Origin: an uncultured Eubacteriales bacterium
Lineage (GTDB): Bacteria > Bacillota > Clostridia > TANB77 > RGIG9151
Assembly (NCBI GenBank): GCA_964631135.1
Contig: CAZVVZ010000015.1
Location: 1 to 16,277 of the forward strand
Length of the DNA stretch: 16,277 nucleotides
Direction of reading: 5' to 3'
Shown here: one piece after another, positions 15,467 to 16,277 of the stretch
How positions within the stretch are numbered: position 1 is the stretch's first letter
Layout of the letters: every line of letters begins with the position of its first letter
Notes under the pieces: generated by a model
What the model saw: only the letters and a program-made list of their open reading frames with translations
The model's database searches: none
Told to the model about the DNA's origin: nothing
Program-made: the position numbers and the translations under genes

Positions 15467-16138
15467 CTATTTGTTTCTATTAACAATATTTATAACTTCA
15501 GTTACAACTTCTGTTAACGACTTATTCGTCGTATCAAGTTCAATTGCATCATCAGCCTTTTTCAGTGGGGAAGCCTCTCTTGACATATCGTTGTTGTCCC
15601 TTTTAATAATATCATTCTTAACCTCATCAAGGGTAACTTTCTGACCCTTATTTATTAACTCTTTATACCTTCTTTCAGCTCTAACGTCTAAACTTGCAAT
15701 CAAAAAAATCTTAGTAGTAGCATTAGGCAAAACTACCGTACCTATATCTCTGCCATCCATAATTACGCTCTTAGAAGCAGCGAGATTTCTTTGAATGTTT
15801 ACTAATTTTGTTCTAACTTCCGGAATCGCCGAAACGTCAGATGCAGCCATAGAAATCTCCGGTGTTCTAATCAATTTAGTAACATCTTCTCCGTTTAAAA
15901 AAATCATCTGACCTTCAGCCGAAAGTTTAACATCTAAATTTATTTCATCTAACACACTATTTACGTCATCAGAATTCTTTGGATTCAACCCCTTTCTAAC
16001 AACATATAAACCAACAGACCTATACATAGCTCCCGTATCAATATAAATTATATTAAGTTCTTTAGCCGCTATTTTAGCAACCGTACTTTTACCCGCACCG
16101 ACAGGCCCATCTATTGCTATCAAAAATTGTTTTTCCAA
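15467..16138 (-). CDS. cmk: cytidylate kinase
   Basis: IAIDGPVGAGKST P-loop, IDTGAMYR and DGRDIGTVV motifs. Start re-placed at TTG 16138 (AAGGAG SD 8 nt upstream); the track GTG 16147 overlaps the SD itself. Confidence 0.92.
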   Translation of the reverse strand: MEKQFLIAIDGPVGAGKSTVAKIAAKELNIIYIDTGAMYRSVGLYVVRKGLNPKNSDDVNSVLDEINLDVKLSAEGQMIFLNGEDVTKLIRTPEISMAASDVSAIPEVRTKLVNIQRNLAASKSVIMDGRDIGTVVLPNATTKIFLIASLDVRAERRYKELINKGQKVTLDEVKNDIIKRDNNDMSREASPLKKADDAIELDTTNKSLTEVVTEVINIVNRNK

Positions 16139-16169
16139 AGTCAACACTCCTTATAATTTTTTCACATAA

Positions 16170-16198
16170 ATTATACATATTTCGCCTAAATACGTCAA
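16170..16198 (-). promoter_or_regulatory. sigma-A promoter of the cmk-plsC-ispH-rpsA operon (TTGACG-N17-TATAAT)
   Basis: The minus strand reads TTGACGtatttaggcgaaatatgTATAAT, with an exact 17-nt spacer and consensus -10, about 30 nt upstream of the cmk start. Confidence 0.65.
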
Positions 16199-16199
16199 G

Positions 16200-16223
16200 T
16201 TTAAAGTCTTTCGTTGCAAATTC
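16200..16223 (-). repeat. fragment of the foldback element core (inverted relative to copies 1-3)
   Basis: The minus strand GAATTTGCAACGAAAGACTTTAAA matches the core GGATTTGCGACGAAAGACTTTAAA (2818-2841 and 9954-9977) at 22/24. Weaker similarity continues through the cmk promoter. The window ends at 16277, so the upstream arm is truncated. Confidence 0.6.
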
Positions 16224-16277
16224 TTTATCTTTGAAATGTGATAATGTCTTAAGTGTTGAAATGAAAAAATGTCCCAA

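Overview
Low-GC Firmicutes (Clostridia-type) chromosomal segment made almost entirely of housekeeping genes, nearly all on the minus strand. Gene order by coordinate: purB | membrane-anchored VanX-like M15 peptidase (+) | cold-shock protein | WG-repeat protein (+) | CBS-pair protein | secreted protein | DUF5131, small membrane protein, DUF212/PAP2-like, ispA, xseB, xseA, nusB, asp23 (one operon, transcribed from asp23) | pro-sigma-E | typA | rpsA, ispH, plsC, cmk (transcribed from cmk). I see no tRNA, rRNA, CRISPR array, IS transposase or recognisable defence genes. Several ORF-track starts look over-extended, and I re-placed them using Shine-Dalgarno (SD) spacing and family N-termini. The signal not explained by genes is noncoding: a family of long imperfect-palindrome (foldback) elements. 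Two copies share a 95-nt core at 93/95 identity (2749-2916 and 9898-10059). A diverged third hairpin (3928-4040) keeps the same internal-loop architecture through compensatory changes. A degenerate fragment (about 16200-16223, minus) abuts the cmk promoter. Copy 1 has a perfect 8-bp target-site-like duplication, so the family looks like a MITE-type nonautonomous mobile hairpin, possibly also a structured RNA or terminator module. I cannot assign it to any family I recognise. Secondary oddities are a pro-sigma-E gene without adjacent spoIIGA or sigG, and a phage-type DUF5131 three-Cys protein translationally coupled to a small membrane protein at the tail of the nusB-xseAB-ispA operon. Bases 1-16 carry an AGGAGG SD (minus strand) for a gene that starts outside the window.
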